Below, in pieces: positions 8,758 through 17,762 of a stretch of 32,000 bases of DNA (position 1 is its first letter; each line of letters opens with the position of its first letter). The stretch covers positions 252,681 to 284,680 of the forward strand of contig CAKTSY010000004.1 of the NCBI GenBank assembly GCA_934613415.1, given 5' to 3'. Made by a program: the position numbers and the translations under genes. Source of the DNA: an uncultured Opitutales bacterium. GTDB taxonomy: Bacteria > Verrucomicrobiota > Verrucomicrobiia > Opitutales > Intestinicryptomonadaceae. The notes under the pieces were generated by a model, which was not told where the DNA came from, made no database searches, and worked only from the letters and a program-made list of their open reading frames with translations.

Positions 8758-9591
8758 TTAGTTTTCCCTTAAAAACTTTACGCACTTTTCCAAATCTTTT
8801 AGGTTGTCTTTGTAGTTGGCTTCGTACTCGATAACAAAAAAGCCGTTGTAGCCTTGTTTGTCGAGCTCGGCAAGCATTGCCTTGTCGTTAAGCGCGCCCT
8901 CGCCCAGTGGAACGGGCTGGTTTTTTGCGTTGCCAAATTCGGCCTGGTCTTTAAAGTGAATAGAGCCTATGTTGCCTTTTAAAAGCCTAAGGGCATCTAC
9001 GGGATTTATGCCGCAGCGCGACCAGTGCCCGACATCTGGGTTTGCCATAACGTTGTCGAAAGGCCTTGTGTATTTATTCATAACTTCGGGGTCGAAATAC
9101 TGGTTTAGGCTGTCTTTTGCATGGTGGTGCAAGCACATTTTTATGCCGTATTTTTTGCCGAATTTATCCCATACGGGGAATCTCGAAACGGGGTCTTCGG
9201 TAATTATGCGTTCCATACCGAATTCGTTTGCAAAGCGACAATATTTTTCAACATCGGCGTCTTTCGACGTTCTTTTTACACCAAAGCTTACCATCTTTAA
9301 CTTTGCGTCGGCAAAAAGCTTCTTCACAAATGCCTTTTGTTCGTCCGTCATATTAACGTCGAATTTTGCATTGCCGAATTTGTCGGAAATTCTCTGGTTC
9401 GGATAGCATTCAACGCCGTCTATATCAAGACCTTTTATTCTATTTACGGTTTCTTCTAGCGTATAGCAATTCATAGAAAACGCCTGAATTGCAATTTTGC
9501 GGTGTTTTTTTGCGGGCGATTGGGTCTGCGCAAACGCCGACGAAAGCGAAACGGCAAACAACAGTATTAACGATATAATTTTCTTTGTCAT
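8758..9591 (-). CDS. Secreted sugar-phosphate isomerase/epimerase-like TIM-barrel protein (xylose-isomerase-like fold)
   Basis: 277 aa. Cleavable signal MTKKIISLILLFAVSLSSAFA-QT. The overall pattern (GIKMCLHHH, GSIHFKD, FFVIEYE) resembles the AP_endonuc_2 / xylose-isomerase-like TIM family. Family call is by eye only. Confidence 0.65.
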   Translation of the reverse strand: MTKKIISLILLFAVSLSSAFAQTQSPAKKHRKIAIQAFSMNCYTLEETVNRIKGLDIDGVECYPNQRISDKFGNAKFDVNMTDEQKAFVKKLFADAKLKMVSFGVKRTSKDADVEKYCRFANEFGMERIITEDPVSRFPVWDKFGKKYGIKMCLHHHAKDSLNQYFDPEVMNKYTRPFDNVMANPDVGHWSRCGINPVDALRLLKGNIGSIHFKDQAEFGNAKNQPVPLGEGALNDKAMLAELDKQGYNGFFVIEYEANYKDNLKDLEKCVKFLREN

Positions 9592-9692
9592 AATGCCGAT
9601 TATCTAACTTCGGTAAAATTTTTATTCAAGAGTTTTTTTAATTTTCTTGATAAAGCGCAAAACTATACATATTCGTAAATCAATTTATAGAT

Positions 9693-11369
9693 ATGTATAT
9701 GAAAAACAAAGCAAGATTCATTTTTTCTTTAGCCTGCATTATGGGCTGCCTAAACGCGTTTGCAGCGGCAAATATTTCGATAGACTCGGTTAAATTAAAC
9801 TACGCTCAGGCAAAAAAATTGTATGCAAAAACAATTAAGGTTTCGGATTTTGGCGCAATTGCAAACGACGGCAAAGACGATACCAAAGCCATTAACGCCG
9901 CGCTTGAAAAAGCAAAAGAAATTGCCCAAAGCGAACCCGTTTGCCTGCTTTTCGAAAACGGTAGCTACGACATTACTCCCGAAAACAACGAGTTTTACGC
10001 GCTAAAAATAAAGGGGGCAAAAAATATTTTAATAGACGGCAACAACGCTACATTAATAAGGCACAAAGGGGCAGTGTTTTTTATAAAAAACAGCACCAAC
10101 ATTGCGGTTGCAAATTTTAAAATAAAAAATTCGGAATTGGCTATAACGGGAGGCGTGGTTGTAAACGCAGGCGAAGGATTTTTCGACTGCAAAATTGCAG
10201 AGCAATTTCCCGTCTACGAAAAGCCCGTTTTGGCAATTATTGGCTACAACCAAGAGCACGATTGCTACAACGTAAAAGTTACCGACATTTACCAGCTAGA
10301 TAGCACTGTTAACGCAAAAAAAATTGCCGACAAAACTTTGCGCGTGTTTTTAAACAAAGACAAAAAAACCCCGCCTTTAAATTCTACCGTATTGCTGCGC
10401 TACACGGTTTACGGCCCGCAGGCGGTAATGTCGGAAAACTGCAAAAACGCAAGGTTCTACAACCTAACGGTGCTTGAACACTCGGGAATGGGCATTTTGG
10501 CGTTGAACACCGAAAATATTTATGTGGATAATTTCAACGTAAAAACAAGCGACAAAAAGTATTGGATGGCAGCCACCGCCGACGGTCTTCACTTTAAAAA
10601 TTGCAGAGGAAAAGTGTTCATATATAATTCATACTTTGAAAAGCTTGGCGACGATGCATTGAACATACACCAAATGTACCTTACCGTTAACAAAAGAATT
10701 TCGCCGAAAAAAATAGAGGTTTTCCATGCAAGGAATTTAAACGAAAGCCAAAAGCACCCCTCTAAAGAAAGGCCATTCCCCTACTACCTTGTTCCCGCCA
10801 AGGGCGACACAATTGTTTTCGGCGAAAAGGAAAACTACCTAAGGCTGGCATCTCCCAACAAAATTGTTAACGCGCAAATTTTGCACGACAAAGGCTCTGC
10901 AATTTTCGAGTTCGAAAACGACCTGCCAGAACACGTCGACTACGGGCTTACCGTTGCCAACATTTCGCAAGACCCATACACCGAAATTAAAAACTGCACG
11001 GTAAGAGGCAACAGAGCAAGAGGCTTTCTTATAAAAGTTTCAGACGCTGTAATAGAAAACTGCACTTTCATACGCCCTACAATTTCCGCCATACTTTTAG
11101 AAAACGACGCCAGCTACTGGTACGAAGGCATAAGGGTTAAAAATCTTTTGATAAAAAACTGCAAGTTCGACAACTGCGGAACAATGTGGAACAGAAACAA
11201 ACTGCCCCCCGCAATTTGGGACGATGCCTCTTTTTGCAAAGGAGTTCCCAAAAACGGCTATGTTAACGAAAACGTTACAATAGAAAATTGTGAATTTTTA
11301 AACTGCAATGTTTTGCTGCAGCAAACAAAGAATCTTGTAGAAAAAAACAACAACTACGAAGAAGACTAA
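9693..11369 (+). CDS. Secreted right-handed parallel beta-helix protein (pectate-lyase-fold glycoside hydrolase/lyase-like)
   Basis: 558 aa. Signal or lipoprotein leader (MKNKARFIFSLACIMGCLNAFAAA; alternative ATG at 9699). N-terminal VSDFGAIANDGKDDTKAINAALEKA block, typical of the pectate_lyase_3 superfamily. Repeated N-x-x-[IV]-x-N-C-x-F turns (IKNCTVRGN, IENCTFIRP, IKNCKFDNC, IENCEFLNC). Confidence 0.7.
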   Translation: MYMKNKARFIFSLACIMGCLNAFAAANISIDSVKLNYAQAKKLYAKTIKVSDFGAIANDGKDDTKAINAALEKAKEIAQSEPVCLLFENGSYDITPENNEFYALKIKGAKNILIDGNNATLIRHKGAVFFIKNSTNIAVANFKIKNSELAITGGVVVNAGEGFFDCKIAEQFPVYEKPVLAIIGYNQEHDCYNVKVTDIYQLDSTVNAKKIADKTLRVFLNKDKKTPPLNSTVLLRYTVYGPQAVMSENCKNARFYNLTVLEHSGMGILALNTENIYVDNFNVKTSDKKYWMAATADGLHFKNCRGKVFIYNSYFEKLGDDALNIHQMYLTVNKRISPKKIEVFHARNLNESQKHPSKERPFPYYLVPAKGDTIVFGEKENYLRLASPNKIVNAQILHDKGSAIFEFENDLPEHVDYGLTVANISQDPYTEIKNCTVRGNRARGFLIKVSDAVIENCTFIRPTISAILLENDASYWYEGIRVKNLLIKNCKFDNCGTMWNRNKLPPAIWDDASFCKGVPKNGYVNENVTIENCEFLNCNVLLQQTKNLVEKNNNYEED

Positions 11370-11394
11370 TCTTTGTTTTACGCCTTTTTTAGAT

Positions 11395-11436
11395 AAAAGA
11401 AAATCCCGCTCCTGTTTGGGGCGGGATTGTTTTTGT
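11395..11436. terminator. Bidirectional terminator between convergent beta-helix gene and glnN
   Basis: Stem aatcccgc (11402-11409) and gcgggatt (11421-11428). An A-rich tract precedes it and gttttt follows. Confidence 0.6.
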
Positions 11437-11459
11437 GTCTCTTTATAATAGCAGTTTTT

Positions 11460-13592
11460 TTAGTAGACAAAAAGCATTTCGCAATACTTGGGCAAGGGCC
11501 ACAATTCGTTGTCGACTTCGCCTTCAAGCGTATCGGCAATTTTGCGGACTTCGGCCATTGCATCGAGCAGCTTTACGGGAGCTTCGCCCTTCTTTATAAG
11601 GGCTTCAAGCTTGTCGGCAGCCAAAACCAAAGCGTTAAGCCTTGTATCGATTTTTGCAGCCAGTGCCTTTACAGCCGAATTCTTTGTGCCCAAAATCTTT
11701 TCGGCTTCAAGCGACTTGCCAAGCTTTTCTATGTAGGCAACCACTGCGGGGATTATGTGCGTGCGCGAAATCTTCAAGGTCAACCCGGCTTCTATTCCTA
11801 CTTTGCGGGTATATTCTTCCAAGAATACTTCGTAGCGCGACTTTAATTCTACCGCATTGAAAACTCCGTACTTTTCGAAAAGCGCAACGTTCTTGGGGTC
11901 TACCAAGGGCTTGATTGCCTCGGGGGTTGTGCGCAAATTTGGCAACTTGCGCTTTGCGGCCTCCTTCTTCCAAGCGTCGCCGTAACCGTCGCCGTTGAAG
12001 ATAATCTTCTTGTGCTTTTTGATTATGGCCGAAAGAATCTTTTGCAATTCATCGTGGAAGTTTGCGCTTTTTGGCAGATTCTCGAGCATTGTTGCAATTT
12101 CGTCGAAAGCTTCGGCAACCGCGGTATTCAAAACAATGTTCGGGCTTGCGCAGCTTTGCGAAGAGCCAGCGGCTCTAAACTCGAACTTGTTGCCCGTAAA
12201 TGCAAATGGGCTTGTTCTGTTTCTGTCGGTTGCATCGCATGGCAATACGGGCAAAATGTCGGCACCGATTTTCAAAATCTTACCGTGCTTGCTCGACTTT
12301 GCGCCGCCATTTTCTATCTGCTCTACAATGTCGGCGAGCTGTTCGCCCAAGTACATCGAAATGATTGCCGGCGGAGCTTCGTTTGCGCCCAAACGGTGGT
12401 CGTTGCCCGCCCCCGCAATTGCCGAGCGCAACAAGTCGGCGTGTCTGTCTACAGCTTCTATTACCGCGCAAAGGCTTGTAAGGAATATTGCGTTTTGGTG
12501 GGGGTCGTCGCCGGGGTTAAGCAAATTGATGTCGCCAACCGAAATAGACCAGTTGTTGTGCTTGCCCGAACCGTTTACGCCATCGAAGGGCTTTTCGTGA
12601 AGCAGGCATGCAAAACCGTGTTTGTCGCCTATTCTCTTTAGCGCGTCCATAATAAGCATATTGTGGTCTACCGCCAAGTTAAGCTCTTCAAACATCGGGG
12701 CAATTTCGAACTGCGCGGGGGCAACTTCGTTGTGCCTTGTTTTTGCGGGTATGCCAAGCCTCCACAATTCGTGGTCAAGCTCGCTCATAAACGACAAAAT
12801 TCTGGGTTTAATTGCGCCGAAGTAGTGGTCTTCCAATTGTTGGTGCCTTTGCGGAGGCGCGCCAAACAATGTTCTGCCGGTTTGCATTAGGTCGGGGCGT
12901 TGAACATAAAAACGCTTGTCGATTAAAAAGTATTCTTGCTCCGCACCCAAGGTTACCTTTGCGTTGGCTTCAAAATTCTTGCCAAAGCACTTTAGCAGGC
13001 GCTTTGCCTGTGCGCCCAAAACCTGCATAGAGCGCAACAAAGGAGTTTTCTTGTCGAGAACTTCGCCCGTGTACGAGCAGAAAGCCGTGGGAATGTACAA
13101 GGTTGCAACACCGTATTCGCGCTTAATAAAGGCGGGGCTTGTCGGGTCCCAAGCGGTGTAGCCGCGGGCTTCCGCCGTAGAGCGCAAACCGCCCGAGGGG
13201 AAACTGGAAGCGTCGGGTTCGCCCATTATAAGGTTTTTGCCCGAAAATCTTGCAATGACTTCGCCGCCGCCGACAGGTTCAAGGAAAGAGTCGTGCTTTT
13301 CGGCACTGGAGCCAGTAAGGGGCATAAACCAGTGAGTGTAATGGGTAGCCCCCCTCTTAATCGCCCAGCTTTTCATTGCGTGGGCAACATCGTCGGCAAT
13401 CGAAGAATCTATTGCCTTGCCAGTGTTCATAGTTTCCAACAGCTTCTTGAAAACGGGCTTGGGGAGATATTCCGACATTGCCTTAATGTTGAATACGTCG
13501 CAGCCGTAGTCTTCTATGAAGTTGTCTGCCGCCGCCGTTTCGGGAACGGCGGTGTCGGCAATATTTGCCAGTGCTATTTTTCTGCTATTCAT
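11460..13592 (-). CDS. glnN: Glutamine synthetase type III
   Basis: 710 aa, the size class of GSIII. Contains the NGSGKHNNWS block and an N-terminal region (THYTHWFMPLTGSSAEKHDSF) characteristic of type III enzymes. ATG confirmed at 13590-13592, preceded by a GAAAGGA Shine-Dalgarno-like element. Confidence 0.95.
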   Translation of the reverse strand: MNSRKIALANIADTAVPETAAADNFIEDYGCDVFNIKAMSEYLPKPVFKKLLETMNTGKAIDSSIADDVAHAMKSWAIKRGATHYTHWFMPLTGSSAEKHDSFLEPVGGGEVIARFSGKNLIMGEPDASSFPSGGLRSTAEARGYTAWDPTSPAFIKREYGVATLYIPTAFCSYTGEVLDKKTPLLRSMQVLGAQAKRLLKCFGKNFEANAKVTLGAEQEYFLIDKRFYVQRPDLMQTGRTLFGAPPQRHQQLEDHYFGAIKPRILSFMSELDHELWRLGIPAKTRHNEVAPAQFEIAPMFEELNLAVDHNMLIMDALKRIGDKHGFACLLHEKPFDGVNGSGKHNNWSISVGDINLLNPGDDPHQNAIFLTSLCAVIEAVDRHADLLRSAIAGAGNDHRLGANEAPPAIISMYLGEQLADIVEQIENGGAKSSKHGKILKIGADILPVLPCDATDRNRTSPFAFTGNKFEFRAAGSSQSCASPNIVLNTAVAEAFDEIATMLENLPKSANFHDELQKILSAIIKKHKKIIFNGDGYGDAWKKEAAKRKLPNLRTTPEAIKPLVDPKNVALFEKYGVFNAVELKSRYEVFLEEYTRKVGIEAGLTLKISRTHIIPAVVAYIEKLGKSLEAEKILGTKNSAVKALAAKIDTRLNALVLAADKLEALIKKGEAPVKLLDAMAEVRKIADTLEGEVDNELWPLPKYCEMLFVY

Positions 13593-13625
13593 ATTTTTGT
13601 CCTTTCAAAATTCGTCTTTTAAAAA

Positions 13626-14957
13626 CTATTCGTTAGAGAAGATTTGGAATCCGTTATAGGCCTCCATCGCGTGTTCCGAAATATCCAAGCCCTTCAATTC
13701 GTCGCTCCTGCTTACCCTTATGCCCATTGTCTTCTTTATTGTGTAGAAGATTGCAAAGCTTATCGAAATGCTTGCCGCAGCCACTGCAACTATGCCTATT
13801 ATTTGCGGGAGAAGTTCGTGGTCGGGCGAGAATAGTCCAACCGCCAAGGTTCCCCAGATGCCGCATACCAAGTGTACCGAAAGCGCGCCAACAGGGTCGT
13901 CGATTTGCAGCTTGTCGAAGGCGTATACCGCAATTACAACTATCACACCCGAGATTGCACCTATTAGGCACGAAGCTTGAATCGATACGCAGTCTGCAGC
14001 AGCCGTTATACCCACCAAGCCTGCCAAGCAACCGTTAAGAACCATAGACAAGTCGGGCTTGCCTTGCGCTACCCACGAAGTGAACATTGCAGCCATTAAA
14101 CCAGCCGCGGCCGATAAAGCCGTTGTTGTGAATACGTAAGCTACCATTACGGGGTCGGCACTGAATACCGAAGCACCATTAAAGCCGAACCAACCGAACC
14201 ACAGTAGGAATACACCCAATGTTGCAAAGCCCAAGTTGCTGCCGGGAATTGCGTGGGCAGTCTTGCCAACGTACTTGCCGATTCTTGGCCCTACCAATAT
14301 TGCGCCTACTAAGGCTGCCCAACCGCCAACGCTGTGTACGAATGTAGAACCCGCCAAGTCGTAGAAGCCGAGCTTTGCCAACCAGCCGCCGCCCCAGCCC
14401 CACGAGCCGATAAGCGTGTAACCGAACGCCGCATAGAGTATTGCAAATATTATATATGCGCTAAACTTTATTCTTTCGGCAACCGCACCCGAAACAATAG
14501 TTACGGAAGTCGCCGCAAACATACCTTGGAATATAAAGTCCGTCCAGTAGCCATAGTTGCCGCCATTATAGGCAATCCCGCCCAGCGCGCCTTCGGGCGA
14601 AGAAACGCCAAAGCCCATAAAGCCCAACACACCGTTTATAAGCCAAGAATCTTTCGGATACATAATGCTAAAACCGATTACCACATAGGTAAGCAAACCG
14701 ATTGCCACCGTGATAACGTTTTTAGAAAGAATGTTCACGCTGTTCTTTGCGCGGCACAAACCAGTTTCTACCAGTGCAAACCCGGGGTGCATTGCAAAAA
14801 CCAAAATTGCACCCAAAAGTATCCACAAGTTGTTAATTGTAAACATTTCGTTCGAAACTGCGGGCGTTGCAGCCTCGGCGTTTGCCGCCACCTCTTGCCC
14901 AAATGCCGAACACGCGCCCATCAGCGCGCCTATATATAACAATGTCTTTAGTCTCAT
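13626..14957 (-). CDS. amtB: Ammonium transporter (Amt family)
   Basis: 443 aa with a signal peptide and about 11 TM segments. Conserved DLAGSTFVHSVGGWAALVGAILVGPRIGKY block. Lies 22 nt downstream of glnK, the classic glnK-amtB pairing. Confidence 0.95.
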   Translation of the reverse strand: MRLKTLLYIGALMGACSAFGQEVAANAEAATPAVSNEMFTINNLWILLGAILVFAMHPGFALVETGLCRAKNSVNILSKNVITVAIGLLTYVVIGFSIMYPKDSWLINGVLGFMGFGVSSPEGALGGIAYNGGNYGYWTDFIFQGMFAATSVTIVSGAVAERIKFSAYIIFAILYAAFGYTLIGSWGWGGGWLAKLGFYDLAGSTFVHSVGGWAALVGAILVGPRIGKYVGKTAHAIPGSNLGFATLGVFLLWFGWFGFNGASVFSADPVMVAYVFTTTALSAAAGLMAAMFTSWVAQGKPDLSMVLNGCLAGLVGITAAADCVSIQASCLIGAISGVIVVIAVYAFDKLQIDDPVGALSVHLVCGIWGTLAVGLFSPDHELLPQIIGIVAVAAASISISFAIFYTIKKTMGIRVSRSDELKGLDISEHAMEAYNGFQIFSNE

Positions 14958-14979
14958 AACTGTAAATGCGTTAAAGTTT

Positions 14980-15321
14980 TTAGCCTATTGCCTCGCGACC
15001 TGTTTCGCGCGTTCTCACGCGAATACATTCCTCGACGTTCAATACAAAAATTTTGCCGTCGCCGATGTGGTCGGTTTGGGCACCTTTTATAATAGACTCT
15101 ATTGTCTGGTCGAGATACTCGTCGTTAACAGCGATTTCCAAGCGTACTTTTTTAAGGAGGTTTACCTCTCTAACATTTCCGCGATAGTTTTCGCTATAAC
15201 CCTTCTGCCTTCCGCAGCCGAGTGCGTTAGTAACCGATAGCCTGTATATTTCGTTCTTGAAGAGTTCCTTTTTTACCTCTCCAAGTTGTTCGGGCTTAAT
15301 GTATGCTATTATTAGTTTCAT
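14980..15321 (-). CDS. glnK: P-II nitrogen regulatory protein
   Basis: ORF 14980-15414, trimmed to the ATG at 15321 (MKLIIAYIKPEQLGEVKKEL...). 113 aa. T-loop GRQKGYSENYRGN retains the Tyr. The untrimmed extension would run through the sigma-54 promoter. Confidence 0.9.
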   Translation of the reverse strand: MKLIIAYIKPEQLGEVKKELFKNEIYRLSVTNALGCGRQKGYSENYRGNVREVNLLKKVRLEIAVNDEYLDQTIESIIKGAQTDHIGDGKIFVLNVEECIRVRTRETGREAIG

Positions 15322-15352
15322 TTTTTTGGAATGATGAGATACTTTTTTGACA

Positions 15353-15369
15353 AGCATAAAGCGTGCCAG
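15353..15369 (-). promoter_or_regulatory. Sigma-54 (-24/-12) promoter of glnK-amtB-glnN
   Basis: Minus strand reads CTGGCACGCTTTATGCTT. GG and GC have the canonical TGGCAC-N5-TTGC spacing (ATGC in place of TTGC). About 33 nt upstream of the glnK ATG. Confidence 0.75.
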
Positions 15370-15431
15370 TTTTTTTACACATTTTTGCAAAAATGCGGCA
15401 AAAACCACAAACACCGCATAAACACTAAGTT

Positions 15432-15557
15432 CTACAAGAATGTAGGCACCTGCAAAATTGGCGCATACAAAAAAGTAGCCCTTTATACCCCATTTTTTAG
15501 CCCTTCTGCGCTACAAATTTGTTGCAACTACATTTTTGTGCTACTACAAATTTGTAG
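15432..15557. promoter_or_regulatory. Array of CTACA-N4-TGTAG palindromic sites (candidate enhancer/UAS for the sigma-54 activator)
   Basis: Five sites. 15432-15445 CTACA-AGAA-TGTAG. 15465-15478 ATACA-AAAA-AGTAG. 15511-15524 CTACA-AATT-TGTTG. 15528-15541 CTACA-TTTT-TGTGC. 15544-15557 CTACA-AATT-TGTAG, which is the core of the perfect 16-bp palindrome ACTACAAATTTGTAGT at 15543-15558. The array lies 70-190 bp upstream of the -24 element. Confidence 0.55.
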
Positions 15558-15573
15558 TTCAGCAAAATATACA

Positions 15574-15603
15574 ACAAAAAAGGCGGTGCATTTAAGCACC
15601 GCC
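15574..15603 (-). terminator. Rho-independent terminator after dapF-like gene
   Basis: Stem ggcggtgc (15582-15589) and gcaccgcc (15596-15603), 6-nt loop. On the minus strand it is followed by TTTTTTGTTG. Confidence 0.7.
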
Positions 15604-15627
15604 CGACAACAATCCAATTTACACAAA

Positions 15628-16488
15628 TTACATATTAGGAATGTCTTGCGTTAAAACGCTATCGAACATTTCGTATACTCCCACTTTTGTAGCGGGCCCG
15701 CTCATAGTTATAGAATAGTCGGGTTTTATTGAAATTTTCAAAATTCCGCCGGGCATATGAACAGTTATGTCGCCTTCGCATAAGCCAAGTTTGTAGGCAA
15801 CGCTTGCCGCCGCGCTAGAACTTGAGCCCGAAGCCAACGTATAGCCTGCGCCCCTCTCCCAAATTTGGATGTTAATGTTGTTTTTGTCTACAACCTCTAA
15901 AAACTGCACATTTGTTCTATTGGGAAATTTCTCCGTCATATTCTCCAAAACGGGGCCAATTTTGTGCGCAATTTCCGACGAAACCTTTTTCATAGGCACA
16001 ACGCAGTGGGGGTTGCCAACGGTTGCGCAGCAATATTTATAGGCTACGCCGTCTATTACAACCTCTTGGTTTATAACTTCGTCCTTTACGCCGTTTACGG
16101 GAATTTTGTCGGCGTCGAAGCTTACGCGCCCCATTTCAACAGTAATATAATTTCCGTTTTGTGAAACCGTGCACGAAACTACGCCACCTAAAGTATCTAC
16201 CGTAAAGGGCTTGTTTTCTTCAACGCGCCCAGTGTCGAACAAATAGCGCGAAAATATCCTAAGGCCGTTGCCGCTTTTTTCGGCTTCGCTGGCATCGGGG
16301 TTTAATATGCGCAGTTTAAAGTCGGCTTTGTCGCTCTTTTCGGGGCCGAACAAAATTCCGTCGCTTCCCAAGCCGAAATTTCTGTGGCAAATTTTAACAA
16401 CGTCCAAGCCCTGCGGGCAAACGGGGCAATCTTTGGGGTCTAAAACCAGATAGTCGTTGCCCAATGCGTGGTATTTATAAAACTTCAT
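15628..16488 (-). CDS. Diaminopimelate epimerase homolog (DapF fold) lacking both catalytic cysteines
   Basis: ORF 15628-16566, trimmed to the ATG at 16488 (MKFYKYHALGNDYLVLD). It aligns by eye along the whole length with E. coli DapF (GNDF, NADGSE, GNPHCV, ERGAGET). The C73 position reads KSGNG and the C217 position reads LASGSS. Confidence 0.75.
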   Translation of the reverse strand: MKFYKYHALGNDYLVLDPKDCPVCPQGLDVVKICHRNFGLGSDGILFGPEKSDKADFKLRILNPDASEAEKSGNGLRIFSRYLFDTGRVEENKPFTVDTLGGVVSCTVSQNGNYITVEMGRVSFDADKIPVNGVKDEVINQEVVIDGVAYKYCCATVGNPHCVVPMKKVSSEIAHKIGPVLENMTEKFPNRTNVQFLEVVDKNNINIQIWERGAGYTLASGSSSSAAASVAYKLGLCEGDITVHMPGGILKISIKPDYSITMSGPATKVGVYEMFDSVLTQDIPNM

Positions 16489-16501
16489 TTTTGTATCCTT
16501 A

Positions 16502-17740
16502 TTAAAATTCGAATTTCGACTGCGACATTCTCTTTTTGATTTCGGCAACAACCGCCTTTTCGGCATCTATGCCGTGCGCTTCAAAAGTTACCGAAAACCT
16601 TACATACGGGCCTTCGTCGTCCCACGGAACCGTGCTTATTAGATGTTGCGAAATCATCCACTGCGAAAAATCTTCGCCCGACTTAAACTCGGTTTTGCTT
16701 CCGTCTTCGTTCAAAGCGGCTTTTGGAGCTTTCATATAAAGGAAGAACCCTGCTTTCGGCTTTTTGGGGCTAAAGCCCAAGTCTTTTAACACGCCCACAA
16801 GCAAATCCATACGTCTGGAATATTTTGCGGCAATTTGCCTTGTAATAAGCGGGTTTTCTAGCCCCTTTGCCCCAGCAAGCTGTATGCCCAAAAATTGTCC
16901 GGAATCGCAGTTGTCTTTAACGTCGCCGTAGGCTTTTACAAGCAGGGGATTTCCGCAAACCCAGCCAATTCGCCAGCCGGTCATATTGTGGCTTTTCGAC
17001 ATCGAGTGCAGTTCAAGAGCCACGTCTTTGGCACCTTGAACCTGAAATATAGAAAGCGAAGGTCCTTCAAATGTCAAAGACGCGTACGCTGCATCGGAGA
17101 TTATTATTATGGAGTTTTCCTTTGCAAACTTTACAAGCTTTTCGAAAAACTCAAGCGTTGCACTTGCACCCGTTGGGTTGTTAGGATAGTTTACAACCAT
17201 AACTTTTGCCCTTTTCCTTATGTCTTGGGGAATGGAATCTAAATCGGGCAAAAAGTTGTTTTCTTCGGAAAGCTTTACGTTGTATACTTCGCCGCCCAAA
17301 TATTTTGCGTGCGTACCAAAAACGGGGTAGCCTGGTATTGTCATTATAACAACGTCTTTGGGGTTTATAAAGCAATAGGGCAAAATGCTCAGGGCCGCTT
17401 TAGAGCCTATAGAGTGTATAATTTCGGTGTCGGGATCTAGCTGTACGCCGAAAACCGCCTTCATATATGAAGCGGCCGCCACTTTAAAATCTCTGCCGCC
17501 GTTGTCGGCATAGCCGCGGTTTGCGGGGTTTTTTGCCGCAGCATACAAAGCCTCTACAACTTCGGGGAAAGCCATTTCGTCGGGCTCGCCAACGCCCATA
17601 TCTATAAGCTCAACATCGGGCTTGGCGGCTTTTGCCGCGCGCTTTGCCCTCTTGATTTTTTCGAACTTGTAAATTTCGTTCGTTTTGCCGTAGTTTACTC
17701 CGCCAATTCTTTCGGCGAACATATTCTGAAGGAATGTCAT
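16502..17740 (-). CDS. Class I/II PLP-dependent aminotransferase (candidate LL-diaminopimelate aminotransferase by context)
   Basis: 412 aa. PLP-lysine block HSMSKSHNMTGWRIGW. VVNYPNNPTG block typical of fold-type I aminotransferases. Ends 13 nt upstream of the DapF homolog start. Substrate assignment rests on context only. Confidence 0.6.
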   Translation of the reverse strand: MTFLQNMFAERIGGVNYGKTNEIYKFEKIKRAKRAAKAAKPDVELIDMGVGEPDEMAFPEVVEALYAAAKNPANRGYADNGGRDFKVAAASYMKAVFGVQLDPDTEIIHSIGSKAALSILPYCFINPKDVVIMTIPGYPVFGTHAKYLGGEVYNVKLSEENNFLPDLDSIPQDIRKRAKVMVVNYPNNPTGASATLEFFEKLVKFAKENSIIIISDAAYASLTFEGPSLSIFQVQGAKDVALELHSMSKSHNMTGWRIGWVCGNPLLVKAYGDVKDNCDSGQFLGIQLAGAKGLENPLITRQIAAKYSRRMDLLVGVLKDLGFSPKKPKAGFFLYMKAPKAALNEDGSKTEFKSGEDFSQWMISQHLISTVPWDDEGPYVRFSVTFEAHGIDAEKAVVAEIKKRMSQSKFEF

Positions 17741-17762
17741 TTTTGTACGAGTGTTAGGTTGT

